Of a stretch of DNA of 64,000 bases, positions 37,689 to 46,811 are shown in pieces (the stretch's first letter is position 1; each line of letters opens with the position of its first letter). Position numbers and translations under genes: made by a program. The notes beneath the pieces are model-generated. The model was given only the letters and a program-made list of their open reading frames with translations, ran no database searches and was not told the DNA's origin. Source of the DNA: Thermoplasmata archaeon (GTDB lineage Archaea; Thermoplasmatota; Thermoplasmata; Lutacidiplasmatales; UBA184); NCBI GenBank assembly GCA_021823345.1, contig JAKAOF010000004.1, forward strand, positions 15,055-79,054. Reading direction: 5' to 3'.

Positions 37689-37799
37689 GTCAGAAGTATG
37701 GGCGGCCCCGTCCTTAAGGTTTGCCAGAATTCCGCGGCGAACGACCTCGACGGGAGTTCTCCTACCCACCCCGGTCCTGCCTTCCGGGAGCACGGGTCG

Positions 37800-38456
37800 T
37801 CACGAGAACCCGAAGGCCGGCAGCACGTCGCGGAGGTCCTTTCCCCGCACGATCTTGCTTGCTCCCGCCAGCACTAGATCGTCGTGGGCATTGAACGCGA
37901 CCCCGATGCGGGAGGCGCGAAAAAGACCCACGTCGATCTCGGAGTTCCCCACCGAGGCCGTCTCCGCGGGGGAGATCCCGAGCTGGGCCTGGAGCTTGCG
38001 GAGGATCTGTTCCTTCTGTTTGACCGGGACCCGGATGATCCCCCGGCGGAGGACCCCGTCCGCATCGGTCTCAAACCCATTGGCGAGGGAGTAGTCCATG
38101 ACGAGCTCGCTCCGGACCCGTTCCGCGAGGACATCGAGCCCCCCGCTGACGATCGCGGTGGTGACCCCCGCTTCCCGAAGCCGGGCCATGAGCTCCTGGG
38201 CGCCGGGCATGAGCGGCACCTTGGCGAGGATCTCCCGGAGGTCCTTCAGCGAGATGCGCGGGGCGTGCTGGTGCCACAAACTGAGGTCACGACGGACGAA
38301 TTCCTCATCCGTGATCTCGTCGGCCATGAAGGCGCGGACCGCCTCATCGTTGTTCTCCCCGAAATGCGCATGGACGTGGGCCCACGAGCTGACGATGTCG
38401 ACGAGGGTCCCGTCCATGTCGAACGCGACCAACCGGAGGCGACCCGGGGCCGTCAC
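37800..38456 (-). CDS. HAD-superfamily phosphatase, phosphoserine phosphatase (SerB)-like
   Basis: GTG start overlapping the valS stop (GTGA). Motif I LVAFDMDGTL. Motif III/IV region VSGGLDV ... GNSEIDVGLFRASRIGVAFNA. The 135-aa N-terminal extension in the ORF track is the alternate frame of valS. Confidence 0.7.
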   Translation of the reverse strand: MTAPGRLRLVAFDMDGTLVDIVSSWAHVHAHFGENNDEAVRAFMADEITDEEFVRRDLSLWHQHAPRISLKDLREILAKVPLMPGAQELMARLREAGVTTAIVSGGLDVLAERVRSELVMDYSLANGFETDADGVLRRGIIRVPVKQKEQILRKLQAQLGISPAETASVGNSEIDVGLFRASRIGVAFNAHDDLVLAGASKIVRGKDLRDVLPAFGFS

Positions 38457-41119
38457 GGCCCTGCGTCCCCGTGCCGGGCCATCCGCTCCAGTCGCTCCCG
38501 GAGCTCGGCCACCTTGGCCTCGAGTTCGGTGCGCACGTTCGGGGGGGCCCGTGCCCGGAAAGTCGGATCGTCCAGCCGGGCCAAGGAGCGCTCGAGCAGT
38601 TGCTCGAGCATCTTGCGTTCCTTCTCCATCGCGACCGCCTCGGTGGACCCTCCCGCCTTCCGTGCGAGGTGGACCTCGGCGGGGGCCAGCACGAGGGAGG
38701 CCATGCCCGGGTGGGGAGTTCCCGCCTCCTCCGAGACCTGGATCTCCCCGACTTTGGAGAGGGTGGCGATGAGACGACGGGAATCCTCCGCGGCGAGGAT
38801 GGACCGGGAGGTCGCGAGGGTGGGGATGACGATCGCGGGAGGGCGGTCGGCGGGTGCCCAACCGGCCTCCCGGCTCAAGGTCCGCAGCCCGCGGGCGATC
38901 TCCTGGAACACGGCCACTTCGGCCTCGGCCCCGGTGTCGGGCGTTGGCCCCGAAGCCGGCCAGCGGGAGTGGGCCAGATAGTCCCCTTCATGCGGGATGG
39001 CGTGCCAAAGCTCCTCGGTGACGTGCGGGATGAACGGATGGAGGAGATGCAAAGCGCGGTCGACCACGAAGAGCGCCACGGCCCGTGTCTCCTGCTGAGC
39101 GACGGGACCTTGCAACCCCTTGAGCCGGTCCTTCTGGGCCTCGAGGTACCAGTCCGCGAGCTCGTGCCAGAGGAATTGGTAGAGCGTGGATGCGGCCCGG
39201 GTGAAATCATATTGATCCAGCAGCTCGGACACCGTGCGCTCGGCGTACGCGAGACGGGAGAGCGCCCATCGGTCGAAAAGATCGGTAGCGGGAGGAACGG
39301 TCGCGCCCGAGGGCTTCTGGTCGGGCGTGAGCGAGCCTTGGATGAGCCGTACCATGTTCCAGAGCTTCGTGATGAAGTTCCGGGCCCCCTCGAGGTGATG
39401 GGCATAGTCCCACCAGCCGCTCTGCTCGACCGGGTTGGGGAACATGAGGGCGAAGCGGAACGCGTCCGCGCCCCACTCCTCGATCATCTCGAGCGGGTCC
39501 GGTGAGTTCCCGAGGCTCTTCGAGAGCTTCCGCCCCTCGCGGTCCGTGAGGATCCCCGTCAGGTAGACGTCGCGGAAGGGCGGGGAATCCATGAAGGTCA
39601 GGGAGGCCATGATCATCCGGGCCACCCAGAAGAACACGATGTCCGAGCCCGTGACGAGCACCGCGGCCGGGAAGTATGCCGCGAGGTCCGGGGTCCGCTC
39701 CGGCCACCCCAGGGTGGCGAAGGGCCACAGCCACGAGGAGAACCAGGTATCGAGCACGTCGGGGTCGGGGTGGAGACGGGTTCCTCCGCACTTCGGGCAG
39801 GCGGTCGGTGCGGTTTCGAAGGCATCGTAGGCTCCGCACGCATCGCAGTACCACACCGGGATCTCGTGGCCCCAGATGATCTGACGGGAAATGCACCAGT
39901 CCTGGAGGTGTTCCATGAAATGATAGTAGGTCTTGGTCCACGCCTCCGGGTGGATCCGGACGTCACCCTTCTCCACGGCCTCGAGGGCGCGGCGACCCAT
40001 CTCCTTCACGTCCACGAACCACTGGGTGGAGAGTCGGGGCTCGATCGGCACGTTGGAGCGTTCGGAGTGGCCGACGTGCTGGAGATGGGGCTCCTCTTTC
40101 ACGAGGAGCCCACGCGACTGGAGCTGCTCCACGACGCGTTCCCGTGCCTCCCTCCAGAAGATCCCGCGGAGGTCCTCCGGTACGAACTCTCCCGACAGAT
40201 GCGCGCTCTCGTCGAGGATGTCCCTCCGCTGGGTGATCTCGGGATGGCGCCGGGCGATGGCGAAGTCCGCCGGGTCATGGGAGGGGGTGATCTTGAGGGC
40301 TCCGTTCCCGAAGGTCCGGTCGACCGCGGTATCCGCGATGATCGGGATGTTCCGGTCGGTGAGGGGCAGACGCACCTTGCGACCCACGAGGTCCCGGTAG
40401 CGCTCGTCCTCGGGGTGGACGGCCACGGCCACGTCGCCGAAGAGCGTTTCCGGCCGGGTCGTGGCGACCGTGATCCCTGGCCCTTCCCCCTCCGAAAAGG
40501 GGTAGCGGATGTACCAAAGCTTTCCGTGGACCTCCACCGGGACCACTTCGAGGTCCGAGATGGCCGTCCGGACCTTGGGGTCCCAGTTGACCATGCGCTC
40601 GGCCCGGTAGATCAGCCCCCGACGGTAAAGGTCGAGGAACGACGTGCGCACCGCGGTGCGGTACCGGGGGTCCATCGTGTAGACGTACCGCGTCCAGTCC
40701 AGGGACAGGCCGTGCGAGGTGAGCTGGCGTCGGATGTACGACTCCTTCTCCGTCTTCCAATCCTCGATGTGGGACGCGAGCTCCGACCGGGTGAGGGTGG
40801 TCGGGTTGACCCCCTTCTTCTCGAGCGACTTTCGCACGGCCATCTGGGTGGCGAGCCCGGCATGGTCGACCCCGGGGAGCCAGAGCGTCGGGATGCCCTC
40901 CATGCGCTTTCGGCGCACCAGCACGTCCATGCAGGTGTCCCCGAGACTGTGCCCGAGGGTGAGCGTGCCCGTCACGTTGGGGGGTGGAAGCAGGACGGTG
41001 TAGTGGGGAGCGGCCCCCCCGAGGGGGGGCGCCTGGAAGAGATGGTGAGCCTCCCACTCTCCTTGCCAACGGGCCTCGAAGGCCTTGGGCAGGTAGCGGG
41101 GCGGAAGCGGGGTTGCCAT
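38453..41119 (-). CDS. valS: Valine--tRNA ligase
   Basis: 888 aa. HIGH-type motif PPPNVTGTLTLGHSL. KMSKS region GRKLSKSLGNSPDP. Editing-domain and anticodon-binding blocks colinear with class I ValRS. Confidence 0.9.
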   Translation of the reverse strand: MATPLPPRYLPKAFEARWQGEWEAHHLFQAPPLGGAAPHYTVLLPPPNVTGTLTLGHSLGDTCMDVLVRRKRMEGIPTLWLPGVDHAGLATQMAVRKSLEKKGVNPTTLTRSELASHIEDWKTEKESYIRRQLTSHGLSLDWTRYVYTMDPRYRTAVRTSFLDLYRRGLIYRAERMVNWDPKVRTAISDLEVVPVEVHGKLWYIRYPFSEGEGPGITVATTRPETLFGDVAVAVHPEDERYRDLVGRKVRLPLTDRNIPIIADTAVDRTFGNGALKITPSHDPADFAIARRHPEITQRRDILDESAHLSGEFVPEDLRGIFWREARERVVEQLQSRGLLVKEEPHLQHVGHSERSNVPIEPRLSTQWFVDVKEMGRRALEAVEKGDVRIHPEAWTKTYYHFMEHLQDWCISRQIIWGHEIPVWYCDACGAYDAFETAPTACPKCGGTRLHPDPDVLDTWFSSWLWPFATLGWPERTPDLAAYFPAAVLVTGSDIVFFWVARMIMASLTFMDSPPFRDVYLTGILTDREGRKLSKSLGNSPDPLEMIEEWGADAFRFALMFPNPVEQSGWWDYAHHLEGARNFITKLWNMVRLIQGSLTPDQKPSGATVPPATDLFDRWALSRLAYAERTVSELLDQYDFTRAASTLYQFLWHELADWYLEAQKDRLKGLQGPVAQQETRAVALFVVDRALHLLHPFIPHVTEELWHAIPHEGDYLAHSRWPASGPTPDTGAEAEVAVFQEIARGLRTLSREAGWAPADRPPAIVIPTLATSRSILAAEDSRRLIATLSKVGEIQVSEEAGTPHPGMASLVLAPAEVHLARKAGGSTEAVAMEKERKMLEQLLERSLARLDDPTFRARAPPNVRTELEAKVAELRERLERMARHGDAGP

Positions 41120-41150
41120 GGTTCGCGCGGAGGGCAGGCGGGCTCACCCA

Positions 41151-41774
41151 TTAAGTTGTGCGCACGGGCCGCAAGCTCGGGGAGGGAGCGCTCAATAGCC
41201 GCTCGAGCCGGCCCCGCACTTCGGTCCATTCTGGGAGGAGGATGCTGTAGTAGACGGAGTCCCGGTACGTGCCGTCGGGGAGGCGCATATGGTGCCGTAA
41301 CACCCCTTCCCGTACGGCGCCGATCTTCTCCATCGCCTTCTGGGACCGGAGGTTCCGGACGTCGGTCTTGAGCTCCACCCGCTCGACCCCCTCCTGCTCG
41401 AAGGCGTGACGGAGCAGCAGGTACTTGGCCTCGACGTTCACGCCGGTTCCCCAGAGCCGCGCCGGAAGCCACGACCCGCCGATCTCGACCCGGCGGTGTT
41501 CGCGGCGGATCTCCATGAAACGTGTCATCCCCACCAGGCGGTGGCCTTCGGGAACGTACTCGATGGTGAAGGGGAGCGCGGTGCCTCGGTTCCGCTCGGC
41601 CAAGAGATCGTCGATGGACCGACGCAGCGTGCGCTCATCGGTGGGCGGGGTCTTGCTCCACCACTCCCAGATGTGCGGGTCCTGGGCTTCTTGGAGCAGC
41701 GGCAGGGTGTGGTCCTGGGAGAGCGGAACGAGTCGGACCCGCTTCCCTTCCAATTCGACCGGGGTCGCCAACAT
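41151..41774 (-). CDS. GNAT family N-acetyltransferase (RimJ/RimL-like)
   Basis: Start at the internal Met MLATPVELEGKRVRLVPLSQDH. Core HRLVGMTRFMEIRREHRRVEIGGSWLPARLWGTGVNVEAKYLLLRHAFEQEGVERVELKT. Confidence 0.7.
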   Translation of the reverse strand: MLATPVELEGKRVRLVPLSQDHTLPLLQEAQDPHIWEWWSKTPPTDERTLRRSIDDLLAERNRGTALPFTIEYVPEGHRLVGMTRFMEIRREHRRVEIGGSWLPARLWGTGVNVEAKYLLLRHAFEQEGVERVELKTDVRNLRSQKAMEKIGAVREGVLRHHMRLPDGTYRDSVYYSILLPEWTEVRGRLERLLSAPSPSLRPVRTT

Positions 41775-41896
41775 CGGAATTCCCCCGGGAGAGCTCGCGG
41801 CCCTTCTTGAGGGTTCGGTCACGGGGCCACGACCGACCCCGCCCCGGGCGGTACGACCGTAAAGGTTAAGACCGACCCGGGAGGTGGGAAGGTCCC

Positions 41897-42031
41897 ATGT
41901 TTCGCTGCGTGCGCTGCGGGGAGCCTCTCCCGGCAGATTACAACAGCTACGGAGTCCGGTGTGACTACTGTCACTCCAAGATCTTCCGAAAGGAGCACCC
42001 GAACGTCAAGAAAGTGCTCAAGGCTCGGTAA
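41897..42031 (+). CDS. rpoP: DNA-directed RNA polymerase subunit P (Rpo12/RPC10-like zinc ribbon), 44 aa
   Basis: Below the ORF-track size cutoff. ATG 41897 to TAA 42029..42031 gives MFRCVRCGEPLPADYNSYGVRCDYCHSKIFRKEHPNVKKVLKAR (CxxC-x15-CxxC). Confidence 0.7.
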   Translation: MFRCVRCGEPLPADYNSYGVRCDYCHSKIFRKEHPNVKKVLKAR

Positions 42032-42084
42032 GAACCCCTCCTAGCGACGGACCGTCTCCCAGGATCCCAGAGGGGGGAAGGCAA

Positions 42085-43017
42085 CTACCGGTAGTCCGCG
42101 GATACGCCCCGGTAGGTGAAGCTGAGCAGGATGAGCACGGCGAGTCCGAACAAGCTGGCTAGGGTCGCCACGATGACGGCGACCGGAAGTACCTCGACGT
42201 AGACGTTCTCGATCCCCAAGAAGAACGGAAGGAGCGGGGTGATCACGGCCGACATCCCTCCCACCACGAGCCGCGGGATGCTGCGGCGGTGGTAGTAGGA
42301 GTAGGCTCCCCAGAGGACCACTAATCCCCCCAGGGCCGCCAGGACCGAGGCGGAATACATGAGCGCGAGGAACGTCTCGAGGTCGGGGAACTCCGAGTAA
42401 CCCGGACTCCAGGAGATGTTCGAGTTCCCCGGGATCATCCCGACGTTGAGGTCCGTCAGGTTCCCGCTGGGGTCCAGGTAGAAGCTGGACAGGAAGAGCG
42501 TGAGGTTGGTGGTCTCGTACCCGGAGAGGGAGAACTCGAGCAGGTGGTATCCACCGGAAAGTCCCGAGATCTGGAAGTCCCCGGCCGAGTTGGTAAAGAT
42601 CACTCGCGGTTGGGTCATGGGGTCGACCACGATCATCACTCCCGAGAGGGAGCCCGAGGAGGAGGTCACCACGCCCCCGGCACGGTAGGAGGGGTGCCCG
42701 ATGGATCCTCCGATCCCGAGGACCCCGAAGACCCCCGCAAGGAGGAGGATCCCCGCGACGGCCACGATGAGCATGTTGACCAAGAACCGGGATTGGCCAG
42801 GGGTCGGGCGTCGCGGCCACGCCGGAGCGGGATAGACTCCCGGAAAGATCTCCCAGGAGTAGAGCGGGGGAGTGGACGGAGATGGGAGGCTGGGACAGAG
42901 ACTCCGGCACCGCGGGCACGACGCCCAGGTGAGCTGGCTCGGATGGAGGGGGTGCCCCCAACTGAAGCGGAAGCCGCAGGTGGGGCAACGGAGGTCCGCG
43001 GGAGGTGGGGGAATCAC
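42085..43017 (-). CDS. Membrane protein with N-terminal zinc ribbon, TM segment, carboxypeptidase-regulatory-like beta-sandwich domain and C-terminal multi-TM region
   Basis: CPTCGFRFSWGHPLHPSQLTWASCPRCR. TM MLIVAVAGILLLAGVFGVLGI. GVMIVVDPMTQPRVIFTNSAGDFQISGLSGGYHLLEFSLSGYET. Four C-terminal hydrophobic helices. Confidence 0.55.
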   Translation of the reverse strand: MIPPPPADLRCPTCGFRFSWGHPLHPSQLTWASCPRCRSLCPSLPSPSTPPLYSWEIFPGVYPAPAWPRRPTPGQSRFLVNMLIVAVAGILLLAGVFGVLGIGGSIGHPSYRAGGVVTSSSGSLSGVMIVVDPMTQPRVIFTNSAGDFQISGLSGGYHLLEFSLSGYETTNLTLFLSSFYLDPSGNLTDLNVGMIPGNSNISWSPGYSEFPDLETFLALMYSASVLAALGGLVVLWGAYSYYHRRSIPRLVVGGMSAVITPLLPFFLGIENVYVEVLPVAVIVATLASLFGLAVLILLSFTYRGVSADYR

Positions 43018-43075
43018 GCAGGGTCGAAGGTTCGGTGTGTCTTAATGATGGCGTCCCCGCCCCCCCGGGTCCTGG

Positions 43076-45976
43076 CTATTCCTCCGGGGTGGGGGCGGGG
43101 CTTTCGCCCGCCGCACTCTCGGTGGAGCCGGAGGGTTCCTTGGGCTCCTCCGACGGGGAGCCCTCCTGGGGTTCCGGCGGGGGGGAGCTCTCTTCGGGTC
43201 CCTTCGACTCCTTCTCGGCATCGTCCGCAGGGGTCTCCTTGGAGGTCGAGGTCTCCTTCTCTTCTGACGGGGGCGAGGTCTTCTCTGCCGCCGCGGACGG
43301 GGGCTCCCGGCGGCGAGTGAGCGCCAGGGCGAGCGCGATCACTAGCAGGACGACCAGTCCGATGAGGAGGATCTCCTCAGGGGAGATCGAACTGCTGGAG
43401 GTGGTCGTGGCGTTCCCCTTCGGCGCGGGGCTCGAGGAGGGTTTGGCGATCACCGAGAGCGAGGCGAAGGCGCTCGTGGCGGTGTAGTTGGTGGCACGCA
43501 CCACGGCCGTGATCAGTACCGCACCCGGGACGGAACCCGCGGTGAGCGAGAAGTTCGCCACGCCGGCCGAGTTCGTGCTGGCGGTCGCCGGGGACACCGT
43601 GCTGCCCGTCCCGGAGGAGAGCGTCAGGTTGACCGAGGCCCCGGCGATCGGCTTGCTCGAGGTGGCATTGACCACCGTCACGCTGAAGGAGGAGACGTTC
43701 CCCTCCCACACCGCAAGCGTTCCCGGAGTGATACGGGCCGACAACGGGGAGGCGCCCGGCGGTGAGATGACCGGAGATACGCTCACCTCGATCACGGCCG
43801 CGGCCGAGGCATGGGCGAACTGGGGTGCCGTGATGTCGGCGCTCACCAGGATGGCCTGGGAGGTCGCAAGGTTCGCGGAGGCCGTGACCACAAAGGTCGT
43901 CTTTCCGTTCGAACCGGTGATCGCCGGGGGAGTGGTCAGGGTGCCCGGACCGCTGAGGGTGATCGTCGTGCTCGCCCCGGGGACGGCAACCCCCGTCGCG
44001 TTGGTCACGGCGAGGGTGAAGCTGACCGTTTGCCCTGGGGAGATGGACGAGTTGACCGGGGTCAGGACGCCGGACATGGCACTCAACCCCGACCCGGTCG
44101 AGCCTCCGGCAAGGACTCCGACGGTCGCGCTGCCCGTGGTCGAGCCCGCCCCCGTCAGGTTGGCGGAGAGGTTCACGCGGACCGTGTAGTTCACGGGGCT
44201 GTACGGCGGAGCTTTCCAGGAGAACGTCGCAGTGCCGCTCGCATTGCTCACCGCGGACTGCGTGAGCGGGGTGCCGAGGGGGAACGTGGCATCGACGGTC
44301 GCCCCCACCGCCGGGGTCTGCGTCCCCAGCGCGGGTCCCGTGGTCACGTTCACCGTCATCGTGGTGGTCATCCCGGAACCCACGGGGTCCGGGGAAAAGC
44401 GGGTCGCACCCAGCTTGATGACCGGGGGAGCGGCGGCGCCGTAGGCGCTCAGCTCGGCACCGGTGCCAAACAGGGGGTCAGAGAACACGTAGAGCCGGTC
44501 GTAGGCAAGGGCGAAGGAAGAGCGGATGTCGGAGGTCGTGTTGGCGTGCCAGGACGGCGCACCCGTGGAGACGTTCAAGGCGAAAACCGTCCCGGTGCTG
44601 TTCGCCACGTAGACCGTGTCGCCCGCGATCGCGGGCGATCCGGCGCTCGTCTGGGCCGCCCCAAGGGATTCCTCCCATGCGAGCGAGAATGACGGGGTCC
44701 CTCCCGCTGGGGCGGAGTAGTTCCACCGGCTCACGGACCCATTGAGGTCATTGATGATGAGACCAACCGAAGTGCTGTTGATCGGCACGACCGCCGGGGC
44801 CGAGAGGGTCCCGTCGTTCGTCGCGCCGGTGGCACTCAGGGGGGTGACCGCGAGCAGCGGCGTGGCCACGTTCGACAGGTTGACGGCCACGAGGTGGCTC
44901 GTCCCCGCCCCACCGTCATTGTCCCCGAAGAAGGCCACGGGATAGTTGCCACCCGGGGTGCTGATATTGACCACGGCGACGGAACTCGACTCGGTTCCGC
45001 CGGCGAAGTGGATATTGGTGGGACCGCCCAGATGCACTGTGAGGGGGTAGCCCGTGAGGTACGGAAGGGCCGAGGCATTGCTCAAGTTCAACGCGTCCAC
45101 CACGTTGTTGGCCGCGTCCAAGGAGATGGCGGCCCACCCGGCACCGGGCACGTAGGCGACCGCGGGGGTCGAGGTGGTGCGCTCGTTCACGCCGTAGCCC
45201 GCCACGGCCGCGACGCTGCTGCCCACGGGGATGATGGCGGTGCCGTTCCATTCGAAGGTGTAGGCGTACCCGGCGTCATCCAAGAGGAGGAAGCCGGAAT
45301 GTCCGCTGAACTGGTCAGGCCCGAGCGGGATGGGAGAGCTCGGGACCAGGTTGCCGCTCCAGAGCGCTCCCGCGGCGTCGGGGGCAAAGCTCCCGAGGTT
45401 GAGTCCGGTGCGGGCATCCATGATGTACACGTAGCTGCAATGGTTCCGTGCGCCGCAGGCGGGGTGGTTCGGACCCTGGGGCGTCTGGTAGTCCTGGGAA
45501 ACGATCAGCCAGCCGTTCCAGAGGAGCGGGGTCTCATCGACCACGAACTGGCCCCCGCCCGCATTGGGAGTGAGCGTCCGGTTCCAGACCGGGGTTCCCT
45601 CGGAGGCGTTGTAGGCGAAGATCGCGTTCCCTTCAGGGATGTAGACATTCCCGTATCCGGAGACCGGAGAACCTACACTGGGGGTCAGTGCGCCCGATGG
45701 GACCGTTGGTAGCGAGAAGTTCCAGGCCAATGTGCTCGCGACGGGAGGGTTCGAGGACCGGCCCGAATTGTTCGTATCATGCTGGAACTCGAGCCATACA
45801 TCGTTCGCGGCGCCGGGAGAGGGGGCAACGAGGGTGGAGGCGAAAGACACCGAGCGGCCGTTCTGCGCGTGAGCGGCGACGGGCACCGCCACGATCCCGG
45901 TCGGGGAGAGCAGTCCAAGGACCACCAGGATGAGTCCGACGGAGACGTACAGAGCTGTCGCTGAGTTTTTCGCCAT
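43076..45976 (-). CDS. Secreted PQQ-like beta-propeller repeat surface protein with Ig-like domains, C-terminal TM anchor and acidic cytoplasmic tail
   Basis: Signal MAKNSATALYVSVGLILVVLGLLSPTGIVAVPVAAHA. Repeat units such as GTVFALNVSTGAPSWHANTTSDIRSSFALAYDRLYV. TM LLIGLVVLLVIALALAL. Tail rich in E/S/P/K. Confidence 0.75.
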   Translation of the reverse strand: MAKNSATALYVSVGLILVVLGLLSPTGIVAVPVAAHAQNGRSVSFASTLVAPSPGAANDVWLEFQHDTNNSGRSSNPPVASTLAWNFSLPTVPSGALTPSVGSPVSGYGNVYIPEGNAIFAYNASEGTPVWNRTLTPNAGGGQFVVDETPLLWNGWLIVSQDYQTPQGPNHPACGARNHCSYVYIMDARTGLNLGSFAPDAAGALWSGNLVPSSPIPLGPDQFSGHSGFLLLDDAGYAYTFEWNGTAIIPVGSSVAAVAGYGVNERTTSTPAVAYVPGAGWAAISLDAANNVVDALNLSNASALPYLTGYPLTVHLGGPTNIHFAGGTESSSVAVVNISTPGGNYPVAFFGDNDGGAGTSHLVAVNLSNVATPLLAVTPLSATGATNDGTLSAPAVVPINSTSVGLIINDLNGSVSRWNYSAPAGGTPSFSLAWEESLGAAQTSAGSPAIAGDTVYVANSTGTVFALNVSTGAPSWHANTTSDIRSSFALAYDRLYVFSDPLFGTGAELSAYGAAAPPVIKLGATRFSPDPVGSGMTTTMTVNVTTGPALGTQTPAVGATVDATFPLGTPLTQSAVSNASGTATFSWKAPPYSPVNYTVRVNLSANLTGAGSTTGSATVGVLAGGSTGSGLSAMSGVLTPVNSSISPGQTVSFTLAVTNATGVAVPGASTTITLSGPGTLTTPPAITGSNGKTTFVVTASANLATSQAILVSADITAPQFAHASAAAVIEVSVSPVISPPGASPLSARITPGTLAVWEGNVSSFSVTVVNATSSKPIAGASVNLTLSSGTGSTVSPATASTNSAGVANFSLTAGSVPGAVLITAVVRATNYTATSAFASLSVIAKPSSSPAPKGNATTTSSSSISPEEILLIGLVVLLVIALALALTRRREPPSAAAEKTSPPSEEKETSTSKETPADDAEKESKGPEESSPPPEPQEGSPSEEPKEPSGSTESAAGESPAPTPEE

Positions 45977-46172
45977 GAACGTACAAGATTCCGATGGAAT
46001 ATAATGTAGTTATCCGAAGTGACATTCGGCACTTGTCGATGGACGGGGCGCTGGTCCGCCGCACCGTCCCGTCCAGGGGTCCCGCACAGGCAATATGGCC
46101 AGCAGCCCCTATTGTGTACCCATGGTACGTCCGAATACGCGCCCCGGGGTCTCGAAACCACACCCCCGGGTC

Positions 46173-46727
46173 ATGGCCTTCGACGACGCGCCCTTCACGT
46201 TCGAGAGCGAGACCACCCCGATCGTCGGAGTGGTGGTGACGCTGCCGTCGTACGTGGAAGGGGTCCTCCGCGGGGAGGTCCACGTCGACGGTGAGGATGC
46301 GACCTCGGAACTCATCCGACTGATCTCGGCCTCGACGACCCGGGAGGCGACGCAGTCGATCCTCCTAGATGGCATCGCCCTCGGCGGTTTCAACGTCGTC
46401 GACCTGGACCGGCTCCATGCGGAGACCGGCCTTCCCGTCATCACGGTCACCCGGACGGAACCGGACATCCCGTCCATGGAGCGGGCGATCCGCGAGCACC
46501 TTCCCGGCCGAGAGGATGCCGTGCGCCACCTCCGGTCCCACCCGTTGTTTCCCCTAGGGGTACGTCCACGCCCCTTGTGGGTGTCCGCCGTCGGAGTGGA
46601 CCCGGAAGCGGCCAAGATGCTCCTTCGAAAGTGCCTGGTACGCGGGTCGTTCCCGGAACCGCTCCGGCTCGCCCACCTGTTCGCATCCGTGACCTCCCCG
46701 GGCCCTCTTTCGCGTTCCCGGGCCTGA
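46173..46727 (+). CDS. DUF99/UPF0215-family protein
   Basis: Start at the internal Met MAFDDAPFTFESETTPIVGVVVTL ... VHVDGEDATSELIRLI ... LDGIALGGFNVVDLDRLHAETGLPVITV. The call rests on recalled family resemblance and the start is uncertain. Confidence 0.5.
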   Translation: MAFDDAPFTFESETTPIVGVVVTLPSYVEGVLRGEVHVDGEDATSELIRLISASTTREATQSILLDGIALGGFNVVDLDRLHAETGLPVITVTRTEPDIPSMERAIREHLPGREDAVRHLRSHPLFPLGVRPRPLWVSAVGVDPEAAKMLLRKCLVRGSFPEPLRLAHLFASVTSPGPLSRSRA

Positions 46728-46811
46728 GCCGGTTCCCGGGACCCCACCCCTCGCAGGTGCGTCCTTCTCCGGCAAGGGGCTTATATGTTGCCCGGACCGT
46801 TCTACCTGTAG

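Noticed and set aside
37800-38861. Full 353-aa ORF for the HAD phosphatase
   Set aside because: The first 135 codons overlap the 3' end of valS in another frame and are G/R/P-rich. The HAD DxDGT motif begins right after an in-frame GTG that overlaps the valS stop.
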